From contig CAJTLG010000006.1 in the NCBI GenBank assembly GCA_910577395.1, forward strand, positions 79,946-143,945: DNA of 64,000 bases, given 5' to 3'. Source of the DNA: an uncultured Vampirovibrio sp. GTDB lineage: Bacteria > Cyanobacteriota > Vampirovibrionia > Gastranaerophilales > Gastranaerophilaceae. This document shows positions 15,954-25,051 of the stretch, one piece after another; within the stretch, counting starts at the first letter, position 1; every line of letters starts with the position of its first letter. A model generated the notes under the pieces. It was not told the origin of the DNA. It saw only the letters and a list, made by a program, of their open reading frames with translations, and searched no databases. The translations under genes and the position numbers were made by a program.

Positions 15954-16583
15954 CTAAACAACTTCGCCCTTAACAAGCTTGTCTTTTACTTTATCAAGGC
16001 CGGATTTTATAATCCTGGAAATTCTTGATGCAGAAATTGAAAATTCTTCAGATAATTCCATTAATTTTTTTTCCTGGAAAAATTTTGCTTCAATCAGCTC
16101 TCTTTCACGTCTCGGCAATTCTTCTATAGCCTTTTTAATGGCAACGGAAATCTGATTAAATTCACAGGTTTCTTCAGGGGTTTTTCTTAAATCTTTAACT
16201 TCAAAAGGCTTTTCGGATTCATACATCTCATCGGTTGAAAGTATGGTCTTATAAATAGCCTCGCGCAATTCATTTTTGTCTGCCTCAAGCGGCTTTTGGG
16301 ATTTTACGCCATGCCACCTGTAACGCCTTCTTAGTTCATTTCTTATAGCCCATTTTATAGCAGTTGCAAGATAAGATTCGTTATATTCTTCATTATCGTC
16401 ATCTTCATCATGTTTATTGCACAATATATCTACGGTCTGAATGCCGATATTTACAAGTTCGTCAAACTCTATAAGATGCTGAGCCGCTATAGTTTTATAT
16501 TCAACTTTTACTATCTTATTAATTAAATCAAGGTATTTGCGAAGCTTTACGTTCTTTTCAATTTTTTCTCTAAGGTTTTCCAT
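15954..16583 (-). CDS. sigma-70 family RNA polymerase sigma factor (short, group-3-like)
   Basis: 209 aa. Region 2-like 'ATAIKWAIRNELRRRYRW'. Region 4 'LPRRERELIEAKFFQEKKLMELSEEFSISASRISRIIKSGLDKV'. Confidence 0.6.
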   Translation of the reverse strand: MENLREKIEKNVKLRKYLDLINKIVKVEYKTIAAQHLIEFDELVNIGIQTVDILCNKHDEDDDNEEYNESYLATAIKWAIRNELRRRYRWHGVKSQKPLEADKNELREAIYKTILSTDEMYESEKPFEVKDLRKTPEETCEFNQISVAIKKAIEELPRRERELIEAKFFQEKKLMELSEEFSISASRISRIIKSGLDKVKDKLVKGEVV

Positions 16584-16689
16584 CTTTATAAAAAATTAAG
16601 TCACAATAAATGTTAGGTAAACATAATAAACATTATTTACATGTTTTTCAACTAAAAAAAGTTTAATGTAAAGAAAAATAACATTTTAT

Positions 16690-16716
16690 TTGACAACCAG
16701 CTTTGTTTTATATAAT
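16690..16716 (+). promoter_or_regulatory. candidate promoter of rplJ-rplL, followed by a long (~200 nt) leader
   Basis: TTGACA (16690-16695), 15-nt spacer, TATAAT (16711-16716). The spacer is short, so this is tentative. Confidence 0.4.
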
Positions 16717-16921
16717 CTGATTACATTATACACCAATGACAGCCATGGCGGTCTTAATTAAAAGACCTTAAAAAACAAAGCCGGCCCAGGTAGCAAAATT
16801 AAAATAATTGAATATTTGTTATCAGGAATGTTTTGTGCGTTGCGTGTATTAATAATACGGGTACAAAACTTTTTAGTTTATATCCTGTACACAAACCCGA
16901 TTTGAAAGGAGAAAGTTACAA

Positions 16922-17443
16922 ATGTCAACAAAGGCTTTTAAAAACGAAAAAGTTGAATACTTTAAAAAACAATTCGAAAACGCCAAGGTTGCTGTTGTTA
17001 CTGACTATCGAGGATATAGTGTTGAAGAAATTACTGAATTAAGACGCAAACTTCAAAAAAGCGATGCTGATTATACGGTAACAAAAAACACTCTTTGTAA
17101 ACTTGCCTCAAAAGGTACTTCTTTTGAAAACATTGAAGAGCTATTATCAGGCCCTAGCGCTATCGCTTTTGGCTTTGGCGATGAAGTAAGTGCAGCTAAA
17201 GTTGTTTCAACCTTCATCAAAGAAAGCAAAAAAGGCGAGATCAAAGGTGCCGTGCTTGACGGCAAAGTTTTAAATGCCGATGAGGCTAAAAAACTTGCTC
17301 TTCTTCCTTCAAAAGAAGAACTTTACGCAAAAATTCTCGGCAGTATCAATTCACCTGCATCAGGTATCGTATTCGGTATCAATGGCGTTATGTCAGCTTT
17401 AGTGCGTGCAGTTGATGCAGTAGCAAAACAAAAACAAGCGTAA
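16922..17443 (+). CDS. rplJ: 50S ribosomal protein L10
   Basis: 173 aa. 'VAVVTDYRGYSVEEITELRRKL', 'VTKNTL', 'SGPSAIAF'. SD 'AAAGGAG'. Lies directly upstream of rplL. Confidence 0.95.
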   Translation: MSTKAFKNEKVEYFKKQFENAKVAVVTDYRGYSVEEITELRRKLQKSDADYTVTKNTLCKLASKGTSFENIEELLSGPSAIAFGFGDEVSAAKVVSTFIKESKKGEIKGAVLDGKVLNADEAKKLALLPSKEELYAKILGSINSPASGIVFGINGVMSALVRAVDAVAKQKQA

Positions 17444-17537
17444 GCCGGTGTTCCCAAGGCACAAACGATGAGTTTGCAACTGGAACGCAATAAAACAAGC
17501 GTAATCAATAGAAAATAAATAAAAGGAGATTAAAATT

Positions 17538-17915
17538 ATGAGTAATGTAGAATCAATTTTAGAATCAATTGAAAAATTAACATTAATCGAAGCAAGCGAA
17601 TTAGTTAAAGCTATGGAAGAAAAATTCGGCGTATCTGCTGCTGCTCCTGTAGCTGTAGCTGCTGCCCCCGCTGCTGCTGCCGGTGAAGCTGCTGATGCTG
17701 GTGCTTCTGAAGTAACTGTAGTTCTTGCTTCAGCCGGCGCTAACAAAATTCCGGTACTTAAAATCGTTAGAGAAATCACCGGTCTTGGCCTAAAAGAAGC
17801 TAAAGATTTAGTTGACGGTGCTCCTAAACCGATTAAAGAAAATGTTAAAAAAGAAGATGCCGAAGCTATCAAAAAACAGCTTGAAGAAGCCGGCGCTACT
17901 GTAGAAATCAAGTAA
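17538..17915 (+). CDS. rplL: 50S ribosomal protein L7/L12
   Basis: 125 aa. '[26 protein letters not shown]', Ala-rich hinge, '[29 protein letters not shown]'. Confidence 0.97.
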   Translation: MSNVESILESIEKLTLIEASELVKAMEEKFGVSAAAPVAVAAAPAAAAGEAADAGASEVTVVLASAGANKIPVLKIVREITGLGLKEAKDLVDGAPKPIKENVKKEDAEAIKKQLEEAGATVEIK

Positions 17916-17939
17916 TTGATTTTCAATTAAATTTTTAAA

Positions 17940-17967
17940 ACCGGTATCCTTTTGGGTGCCGGTTTTT
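17940..17967 (+). terminator. rho-independent terminator after rplL, sitting between convergent genes
   Basis: 10-bp stem 17940-17949 with 17954-17963 (two G-U pairs), TTTT loop, then a T-run to 17967. Confidence 0.7.
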
Positions 17968-17970
17968 ATC

Positions 17971-19083
17971 TTATTTAAACAAATTGCTAAAAAACCCTTT
18001 TATATTATCCAAATATCCGTCTATTGTTGCAGGACGATAGCTGTATGTTTTTTCTGTGCGGTCATCATATTCTTTTATTTTAAGTTTCCCATATGTTTCA
18101 AATATACCGTCTCCGTCTTCATCATAGAGTGTTTCTCTTATTTTTACGCCGTGTTTTTCACTCCAGGAATGTTCTGCAATTTGGTCCCAGGTACCATTTC
18201 CGTCATTATCATACATTTCTTTTACAAGATTTTCATCTTCAGTAAAAGCCCAGGATGCATCATTAATTCTGTCATCAATATTATTATCGGCTCCCGTATA
18301 CTGCAATGTAATTTTGCCGTTTTCGTCATATTTATATTCAAGTTTGCTTAGCAATTGCCCGTCTTCATCCCAGGATTGATACAAATCTTTTGTTCCGTCT
18401 TTATTAGTGTCAACTTCTTTATATGAAAGCTGCCCGTTATCATACCATTCACTATATTCAATTGTCTGCCCGGGAATACTATCATCGTATAGTTCTTGCA
18501 TTACAATGGTTCCGTCAAAATTGTATTCATTATAGGTATTAATCACACCATTATCATCTTTATCAAACTGTTCATTTCTGAATGTTATATCATACCCGTT
18601 ATTTACCTCTGTATAATCAAAGTTTACCTGGTATTCAGGATTGCCGTTTGAATTTTCATCAACAACAATTTTATTCGCGCTATAAAATCCTCTTTCATCT
18701 GCCACGCAAGAATAACCCCCAAAACTTAATTCAGGATTTCCGTCATTATCTTTATCTATATATGCTCCTTGAAATTTATCCTCTTTTATTAAATCGAAAA
18801 TGTTAGTATCAAGCATCTTGTTCAACTGCTCTTCCGGTACGTAGCAAGCTGTTTCTGGGGTTCCGGATTCAAGCGGCTTGTTTGGCACATCGCATAAAAA
18901 TGTCACCCGAGTGCCGTCATCTGTTTCTATTTTGATTTCAAAATATTTATTTTCCCAACAGGCGGGTGCAGTGGTTGAAATTATATTTTTTGATGACAAT
19001 TTCGCATTTTCATCAAACAGACCCTTGATTGTTTTAAAATCCTTATTATTATTTAAATACGAAGTATTTCCTTTAATTTCCAT
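17971..19083 (-). CDS. hypothetical repeat protein with multiple DxDxDG-type (Ca-binding-like) and YD-like repeats
   Basis: 370 aa. Recurrent 'DKDNDGNPE', 'DENSNGNPE', 'DKDDNGVIN', 'DTNKDGTKD', 'WDEDGQLLSKLEYKYDENGKITLQY', 'YDNDGNGTWD', 'YDEDGDGIFE'. No signal peptide seen. Confidence 0.5.
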   Translation of the reverse strand: MEIKGNTSYLNNNKDFKTIKGLFDENAKLSSKNIISTTAPACWENKYFEIKIETDDGTRVTFLCDVPNKPLESGTPETACYVPEEQLNKMLDTNIFDLIKEDKFQGAYIDKDNDGNPELSFGGYSCVADERGFYSANKIVVDENSNGNPEYQVNFDYTEVNNGYDITFRNEQFDKDDNGVINTYNEYNFDGTIVMQELYDDSIPGQTIEYSEWYDNGQLSYKEVDTNKDGTKDLYQSWDEDGQLLSKLEYKYDENGKITLQYTGADNNIDDRINDASWAFTEDENLVKEMYDNDGNGTWDQIAEHSWSEKHGVKIRETLYDEDGDGIFETYGKLKIKEYDDRTEKTYSYRPATIDGYLDNIKGFFSNLFK

Positions 19084-19427
19084 TCATCTCTCTCGTATGT
19101 ATTTTATTGATACTTTATATATAAATAAAATATTTTGCGGCTCAAAAATTGCTTAAAAAATCAAAAAAATTATTTTAAAAAAACTTTACAAATACTTTTA
19201 TTTTTATAATGCGTATATGATAATTCTAAAAGTTGTTACAGATGCAAACAAAAGGGTGAAATTCAGTAACAATGTCTTTTTCAAAATCTCCACTCAAAGT
19301 CAAAAAGGGAAACAATGCGGTCATAAGTTATTAAACTTTCCGCTCCGTTAAGTCTGGGGTCATATTTAATATGCAAGCCATTGCCATATAGATATAGCCC
19401 CTTTTTATTCCCTATATTACCTGATTT

Positions 19428-20393
19428 TTACCTGCTGCATCCTTCATAAAGTCTGCAGGCAACACGTGAATTATCTTTTTGACAAATAAGATGAAATGTC
19501 TTTTTTGCGCAAATTTCAGAAGCGTACTTACACCTGGGGTGATAAGGGCACCCCGAAACAGGCTTTGTAATTGGTGCAGGTGCGCCTTTTATGTTTTCAA
19601 GTTTTTTGCCTTTAATCGTTGGAAGTGCTGCAAACAAATCTTTGGTATACGGGTGCTTTGGGTTTCTGAATAGCATATTGGTTTCAGCCTCCTCTACTAT
19701 CCTTCCCATATACATAATTGATACAAAATCAGCATACTGCTTTACTATACCAAGATTGTGGGTAATCAAAATTATTGATTTTCCTGCTTTTTTGATATCC
19801 GATAAAAGTTTTAATATCTGCGCCTGAATTGTAACATCCAATGCAGTTGTGGGTTCATCCGCTATAATAACATCGGCTCCGGAAGATAGTGCCATTGCAA
19901 TTATCACTCTTTGTTTCATACCTCCGGAAAGTTCATGCGGATAAGCCTTTAGGCGTTCAGCAGGATTTATTATACCGACATCATTTAATACATCAAGCGC
20001 AATTTTATAAGCCCCTCTCTTGCCAACTTTGTTATGAAGCATGATTGTTTCTATCATCTGGTTTTCAATATTATAAAGAGGATTAAGTGATGTCATAGGG
20101 TCTTGCGGAATAAGAGCAATCCTTTTACCCCTTAATTTTCTTAAATCCTTTTCTTTTAGGGAAAGTAAATTTTTGTCTTCAAACATTATATTACCGCCAA
20201 TTATTTTAGCGTTTTTTGGAAGCAGCTTTATAATACTCATCACGGTTGCTGTCTTGCCGCAGCCTGATTCACCCACTATGGCGTGCATCCTTCCTTTTTG
20301 AATATCAAAATTTACATCATAAACTGCCTGATAAAATTTTTCATCAATTTCAAAACCTAAGGATAGATTGTTTATTTCAATGATGTTCCGCAT
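19428..20393 (-). CDS. ABC transporter ATP-binding protein, oligopeptide/dipeptide (OppD/DppD) type; no permease or binding protein nearby
   Basis: 321 aa. Walker A 'GESGCGKT', signature 'LSGGMKQR', Walker B 'VIIADEPTTALD'. Opp-type C-terminal extension with Cys motif 'CPYHPRCKYASEIC'. Confidence 0.88.
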   Translation of the reverse strand: MRNIIEINNLSLGFEIDEKFYQAVYDVNFDIQKGRMHAIVGESGCGKTATVMSIIKLLPKNAKIIGGNIMFEDKNLLSLKEKDLRKLRGKRIALIPQDPMTSLNPLYNIENQMIETIMLHNKVGKRGAYKIALDVLNDVGIINPAERLKAYPHELSGGMKQRVIIAMALSSGADVIIADEPTTALDVTIQAQILKLLSDIKKAGKSIILITHNLGIVKQYADFVSIMYMGRIVEEAETNMLFRNPKHPYTKDLFAALPTIKGKKLENIKGAPAPITKPVSGCPYHPRCKYASEICAKKTFHLICQKDNSRVACRLYEGCSR

Positions 20394-20424
20394 AAAAGAA
20401 ATATAACATATTGAGTGATTTTTT

Positions 20425-21012
20425 TCACTTGCCGTTCAGGATTGTTTCAAGATAAAATTTCCTGATGTCATTCAAAGCCCGTATAAATAGTGCTTTCACT
20501 TCATTATTATCCTTCCAAATGTTATATGCGCAAGATTTTGGCAGGTTTTCAAGCGGGGTATCGGGGAAATTCCTGCAAACAGCAGGTCTTTTATCATATA
20601 TCGGGCAAAAATATTTGCCATTCCTGTTTTCGACTTTTTTACAATGATAAAACCAAGCACCTTTAGCGGGTTTTACAGGCAAATAATCCTCTAATTCCTT
20701 TGGCAACATATTATTTTCATACAATTCAAATACTTCTAAAAAACTTTTTGCGGTTTTATCACCCGCCCCTGCACGCCTTAAAAGCTCATTTGGACCAAAT
20801 TCACTAACAGCCAAGCGGCAGCATACCCCGCAATTGGTACACTTTACGGCATTAAAACCTTGCCTTATATTTTCTTCATCCTCTAAAATCTTATCCCGAA
20901 GGGCATTTTCAAGATAATTACGCACATCGGCAGGATTATTTATCTCCGAAAGTTTTTTATCTATACCCTTTTTAGCTTTTATAAAGATTTCTCTGTAGAA
21001 TTTGCCGCACAC
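20425..21012 (-). CDS. YkgJ-family cysteine-cluster (CxxCxxCC) protein
   Basis: 'CTNCGVCCR' N-terminal cluster plus later 'YFCPIYDKRPAVCRNFP', typical of the UPF0153/YkgJ zinc/iron-chelating domain. Overlaps the upstream gene by 34 nt. Confidence 0.6.
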   Translation of the reverse strand: MCGKFYREIFIKAKKGIDKKLSEINNPADVRNYLENALRDKILEDEENIRQGFNAVKCTNCGVCCRLAVSEFGPNELLRRAGAGDKTAKSFLEVFELYENNMLPKELEDYLPVKPAKGAWFYHCKKVENRNGKYFCPIYDKRPAVCRNFPDTPLENLPKSCAYNIWKDNNEVKALFIRALNDIRKFYLETILNGK

Positions 21013-22124
21013 TTGTTTCTCATCTTCTTTCGCCTCATTAAATCAACAAAAGCCTCAAGCCTTGTTAAATATCCGGCCTTTCCTGTCTGCTCATCCATAA
21101 TCAGTGATAAAATCGGCAAATCAACATCCTCTCTCATTTTTGGGAAAATATTTTGGGACATAATTTCAGGCATACAAGTAAACGGTGATACATGGATAAG
21201 CCCGTCAGTACCTCTTTCCTCTGCATACATAACATCCGATATACATTCCAGTGCATCACCGCCTATATCGCGCATAAGATAGGGCTTTGCCATTCTGAAT
21301 GCCCTTTCAAGGTGGGTTTCACCTTTTTTGCACATTTTAGGAATAATTGCATCTTTTAAAAACCCTGAAACCGTCAGGCTGCGCCTTGTCTGTACACCCA
21401 TTTTGCCAAGTTCGCGTTCAATATTCTGATTTGAAAACCTGTCAAGCACAAGGAAAATTTCCCCTGTTAAATCAACATGTAAAACTTCTCTGTCAGGGTC
21501 AATTTTTACACTTGAAATTTCCTTTAACCCGGCCTTGAGTGCTTTTTTAAGTTCGCGTGTTGTATCAGCATCGGACACCATTTTAAGCGCCCTGTTGAAT
21601 GCCTTTTCAGCATCCCCGATGTTTATTTCACGCGCCCTGTGGTATGATAAAAAGTTTTCAAGTTCATCAATTGCAAAAACTTTCCTTACAGCGATATTTA
21701 TAGCCCTGATAATAGGTACGGGGTTTTTTGTCCCGGTTAATTCCGTTAAAAACCTGTACATTCCCTTAAACCCGTCGTACAGATTTAACTCAATAAAATT
21801 AGCCTCATACCCGAGGTCTTTTAACACATTTTTAATGCTTTTTCCATACTCTCCAAGTCTGCAAATACCGGGAGAGGTTATCATGGCAACATAATCTGTG
21901 CCGCCTTCAATTGCCTCAATAAAATTCCCTAAAATTAATTTGTATGGAAGGCATATAGCCTCCGGGGAATTTTTTGTACCTAAAGATAAAGTTTTTTTAC
22001 TGGTATAAGGAGGAATAAACGGTTCTATCCCCATTTTTTTAAGTGCTGCAGCCCAGGCAACAGAGATTGTCCCCATATGCGGAAAGGCAACTTTCATCTT
22101 TTTTTTATCAGAATTTTTATCCAT
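20979..22124 (-). CDS. CoA-enzyme-activase-associated DUF2229 / 2-hydroxyacyl-CoA-dehydratase-like protein
   Basis: Start taken at the second Met ('MDKNSDKKKMKVAFPHMG'). 'SPEAICLPYKLILGNFIEAIEGGTDYVAMITSPGICRLGEYG' resembles the conserved Cys-containing core of DUF2229/HgdB-like proteins. Assignment is from memory only. Confidence 0.45.
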   Translation of the reverse strand: MDKNSDKKKMKVAFPHMGTISVAWAAALKKMGIEPFIPPYTSKKTLSLGTKNSPEAICLPYKLILGNFIEAIEGGTDYVAMITSPGICRLGEYGKSIKNVLKDLGYEANFIELNLYDGFKGMYRFLTELTGTKNPVPIIRAINIAVRKVFAIDELENFLSYHRAREINIGDAEKAFNRALKMVSDADTTRELKKALKAGLKEISSVKIDPDREVLHVDLTGEIFLVLDRFSNQNIERELGKMGVQTRRSLTVSGFLKDAIIPKMCKKGETHLERAFRMAKPYLMRDIGGDALECISDVMYAEERGTDGLIHVSPFTCMPEIMSQNIFPKMREDVDLPILSLIMDEQTGKAGYLTRLEAFVDLMRRKKMRNKCAANSTEKSL

Positions 22125-22211
22125 AATATAAAATCCGTTTAATATACTTCCATGCTCTAAAATCAAGTATATTTTGGCATAAAAATTATCAAGTGTCACC
22201 CATAAAGTAAA

Positions 22212-22991
22212 TTATCTGCTCCACTTAATGTCACTTTTTCTCTGTTTTGCAGGAATTCCCGCAATAATGCAATTTTTTTCAGCAAATTTTTTGTTAACAA
22301 GCGACCCTATACCAACAACGCACCCGTCCGGAACACTTACACCCTTCATAATTTTAACGTCATCACAAACCCATACGTGGTCGCCGATTACGATATCTTC
22401 ATCAGGATTTAGTCTTTCATTTGTTGCCAAACTACAAACAGGGTGCCAATCGGTTGTTGACAAGACAACATTTGTTGCAAACATACAATCTTCGCCAATT
22501 GTAACCCCTACCCCCTCACCGCAACATCTTATATATAGTTTTCTGGTTGAAGTGCAATTTTTACCTATTAAAACTTTTCTGTTGCTCTGATGAATATCTC
22601 TAATATAAGACATGCATATATTTAAACCGTCAAATTTGCATCCTGAACCAATATCCACTTTGTTATTACTGCCATAGATTGTTATACTGCTTTTATTAAA
22701 AGTTGAAATATAATCTTTTGGAAGAATAACGGTATTATTATCCCCCTCTATTACGACATTGATATAATGTAAAATATCTTTTGAGCCGGTCACATCCAGA
22801 TACTCTTTATTATTTTCATCAAATAAAAGTACCTTGTTATTTTTCCCTAAAACAATAGCTTGCCTGAAGGAAAACTTTAAAAAACAGAACTTAACAATTT
22901 TATACTTTTTTGTGGCGATATAACCATTTGGCCTCACATACCGTTTCGTTACAGAATAAATATTTTTTAAAATGTTGGACAAAAAATTCAT
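22212..22991 (-). CDS. hexapeptide-repeat (left-handed beta-helix) O-acetyltransferase
   Basis: C-terminal 'IVIGDHVWVCDDVKIMKGVSVPDGCVVGIGSLVNKKFAEKNCIIAGIPAK' is a typical LacA/WbbJ-like hexapeptide region. The N-terminal ~110 aa are unassigned. Confidence 0.75.
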   Translation of the reverse strand: MNFLSNILKNIYSVTKRYVRPNGYIATKKYKIVKFCFLKFSFRQAIVLGKNNKVLLFDENNKEYLDVTGSKDILHYINVVIEGDNNTVILPKDYISTFNKSSITIYGSNNKVDIGSGCKFDGLNICMSYIRDIHQSNRKVLIGKNCTSTRKLYIRCCGEGVGVTIGEDCMFATNVVLSTTDWHPVCSLATNERLNPDEDIVIGDHVWVCDDVKIMKGVSVPDGCVVGIGSLVNKKFAEKNCIIAGIPAKQRKSDIKWSR

Positions 22992-23310
22992 ATATCAAAC
23001 CCTTGTTTTTTCTATATACGGGTTCAAACATCCATACAATTCATACGCCAACATATCGCAAGCATTTTTCATTTTTTAGTTAATCCAAATTAAATAAAAT
23101 TCAGCATAAAAATTTAATAAAGCTATTCTATCATCTTTCACCCCGGCTTGCAACGTATTTTTGTTTATAATACAATTTTTAGCGAAAGAAGAAACTGATA
23201 TCGTATGGCGTATTGTGCCTTTCCTTCAAAGGAATATAACAAAGGGCCAGCGCACACCATAGGCGCAGATAGTGTTTCTTTTGACGATGTAAAAATGAAA
23301 GGATAAAACT

Positions 23311-24081
23311 ATGGCAACAGCAACATTAGTAGAATTATTAGATGCAGGTGTGCATTTTGGACACCAAACACAAAAATGGAACCCGAAAATGAAACCGTAT
23401 ATTTTCGGTGCAAAAAACGGAATTTACATTTTAGATTTAAGAAAAACATCAGACAAGCTTGACAAAGCTTATGAAATCGTTAGAGAATACGCCGCAAAAG
23501 GCAAAAATGTGCTTTTCGTAGGTACCAAAAAACAAGCAACCGACGTAATTGCACAAGAAGCCGTAAGAGCCGGTGCATACTATGTAAACAGAAGATGGCT
23601 TGGCGGTATGATGACAAACTTTGAAACAATCAGAGGCAGGGTTAATAAATTAAGAGAATTAGAATCTTTTATTGAATCAGGCCACATCAATAAACTTCCT
23701 AAAAAAGAAATTGCACAATTAAACAGACAGCTTGCAAAATTATCAAAAACCTTGGGCGGTATTAAAGAAATGAAGGGTATGCCTGACATTTTATTTATCG
23801 TTGACCAAAAGAAAGAATTAATTGCTATTCAGGAAGCAAATAAATTAAACATCCCTGTTATCTGCCTTGCTGACACAAACGCAGACCCGGACGGTATTGA
23901 TTACATTATCCCCGGAAACGATGATGCAATAAGAAGTATTAAATTAATCGCCTCCAAAATGGCGGATGCTGTTTTAGAAGGTAAAGAATTAAGGCAAAAC
24001 AAAGCAAACACCGGCAAAATTGAAAAAATTGAAGCAAAAGATGCCGGGGTTGCTGAAGAAACCGAAAAGGCAGAAGTATAA
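23311..24081 (+). CDS. rpsB: 30S ribosomal protein S2
   Basis: 256 aa. '[19 protein letters not shown]', '[10 protein letters not shown]', '[14 protein letters not shown]'. Confidence 0.97.
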   Translation: MATATLVELLDAGVHFGHQTQKWNPKMKPYIFGAKNGIYILDLRKTSDKLDKAYEIVREYAAKGKNVLFVGTKKQATDVIAQEAVRAGAYYVNRRWLGGMMTNFETIRGRVNKLRELESFIESGHINKLPKKEIAQLNRQLAKLSKTLGGIKEMKGMPDILFIVDQKKELIAIQEANKLNIPVICLADTNADPDGIDYIIPGNDDAIRSIKLIASKMADAVLEGKELRQNKANTGKIEKIEAKDAGVAEETEKAEV

Positions 24082-24107
24082 ACAATATTTTTAAGGAGTA
24101 TAAAACT

Positions 24108-24992
24108 ATGGAAATAAAAGCCTCAATGGTAAAAGAACTAAGAGATAAAACCGGTGCCGGCATGATGGATGCCAAAAAAGCACTTGTTGAAGCTAATGGT
24201 GATATGGAAAAAGCAGCTGAGCTTTTAAGACAAAAAGGCATTGCTTCAGCTGACAAGAAAATGGGCAGAATTGCGGCAGAAGGCGTGGTTGCAACATATG
24301 TTGACGGCAAAATCGGTGCTATGGTTGAAATGAACTGTGAAACAGATTTTGTAGCTAAAAACGAAAACTTCAAAAATCTTGCAAACATGATGGCTGAGGC
24401 TGTTGCAAAATTAAACCCCGCATCTGTTGATGATATGCTTAAAATGGATTGTCCAGTTTGCAAAAAACCAATTGACGATGTTGTTAAAGAACAGATAGCT
24501 AAAATCGGCGAAAAAATCACAATCAGAAGATTTGTAAGATATGATGCAGACTGCTGTGTTTCAACTTATGTTCACAACGGCAAAATCGGTGTTCTTTTAG
24601 AAGTTAAATGCAACACTTGCAATGACGAAACAAAAACTATTGCAAAAGATATATGCCTGCATATAGCATCTTCTGCACCTGAATTTGTTTCAAGAGAAGA
24701 AATTCCTTCTTCTGTTATTGAAGAGGAAAAAAGAATTGAAATGGGTAAAGAAGACCTTGCAAACAAACCTGAAGCAATCAGAGAAAAAATTGTTGCAGGC
24801 AGGATTGACAAGCTAATGGCTCAAAGATGCTTGCTTGACCAAGCCTTTGTTAAAGACCCAAATCAAACAATTGCACAATTAATAGAAGGCAAACTTTCAG
24901 TTGTAAAATTTGACAGATATGTTCTTGGCGAAGGCTTAGAAAAAAGACAGGAAAATTTTGCAGATGAAGTAATGAGCCAAATCAAAGGCTAA
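24108..24992 (+). CDS. tsf: translation elongation factor Ts
   Basis: 294 aa. UBA-like N-terminus 'VKELRDKTGAGMMDAKKALVEANGDMEKAAELLRQKG', 'EMNCETDFVAKNENF'. Directly downstream of rpsB. Confidence 0.95.
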   Translation: MEIKASMVKELRDKTGAGMMDAKKALVEANGDMEKAAELLRQKGIASADKKMGRIAAEGVVATYVDGKIGAMVEMNCETDFVAKNENFKNLANMMAEAVAKLNPASVDDMLKMDCPVCKKPIDDVVKEQIAKIGEKITIRRFVRYDADCCVSTYVHNGKIGVLLEVKCNTCNDETKTIAKDICLHIASSAPEFVSREEIPSSVIEEEKRIEMGKEDLANKPEAIREKIVAGRIDKLMAQRCLLDQAFVKDPNQTIAQLIEGKLSVVKFDRYVLGEGLEKRQENFADEVMSQIKG

Positions 24993-25004
24993 TATTATTA
25001 AAAT

Positions 25005-25039
25005 AATCCCCGCCCGAAATAAACAAGGCGGGGATTTTT
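25005..25039 (+). terminator. rho-independent terminator after tsf
   Basis: Stem 'aatccccgcc' (25005-25014) pairs with 'ggcggggatt' (25027-25036), then a T-run to 25039. Confidence 0.85.
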
Positions 25040-25051
25040 AGGTAAAAAATT

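Noticed and set aside
17399-17926. 175-aa minus-strand ORF overlapping rplL.
   Set aside because: It is antisense to rplL. The Ala/Ser-rich run simply mirrors the L7/L12 Ala-rich hinge.
17956-18351. 131-aa + strand ORF, plus others at 18582-18806 and 18878-19156, opposite the DxDxDG repeat gene.
   Set aside because: They are Phe/Ile-rich antisense translations of an Asp/Asn/Glu-rich gene and lack start signals.
23939-24520. 193-aa minus-strand ORF spanning the rpsB-tsf junction.
   Set aside because: It is antisense to two ribosomal/translation genes with strong homology, and it has no independent signals.
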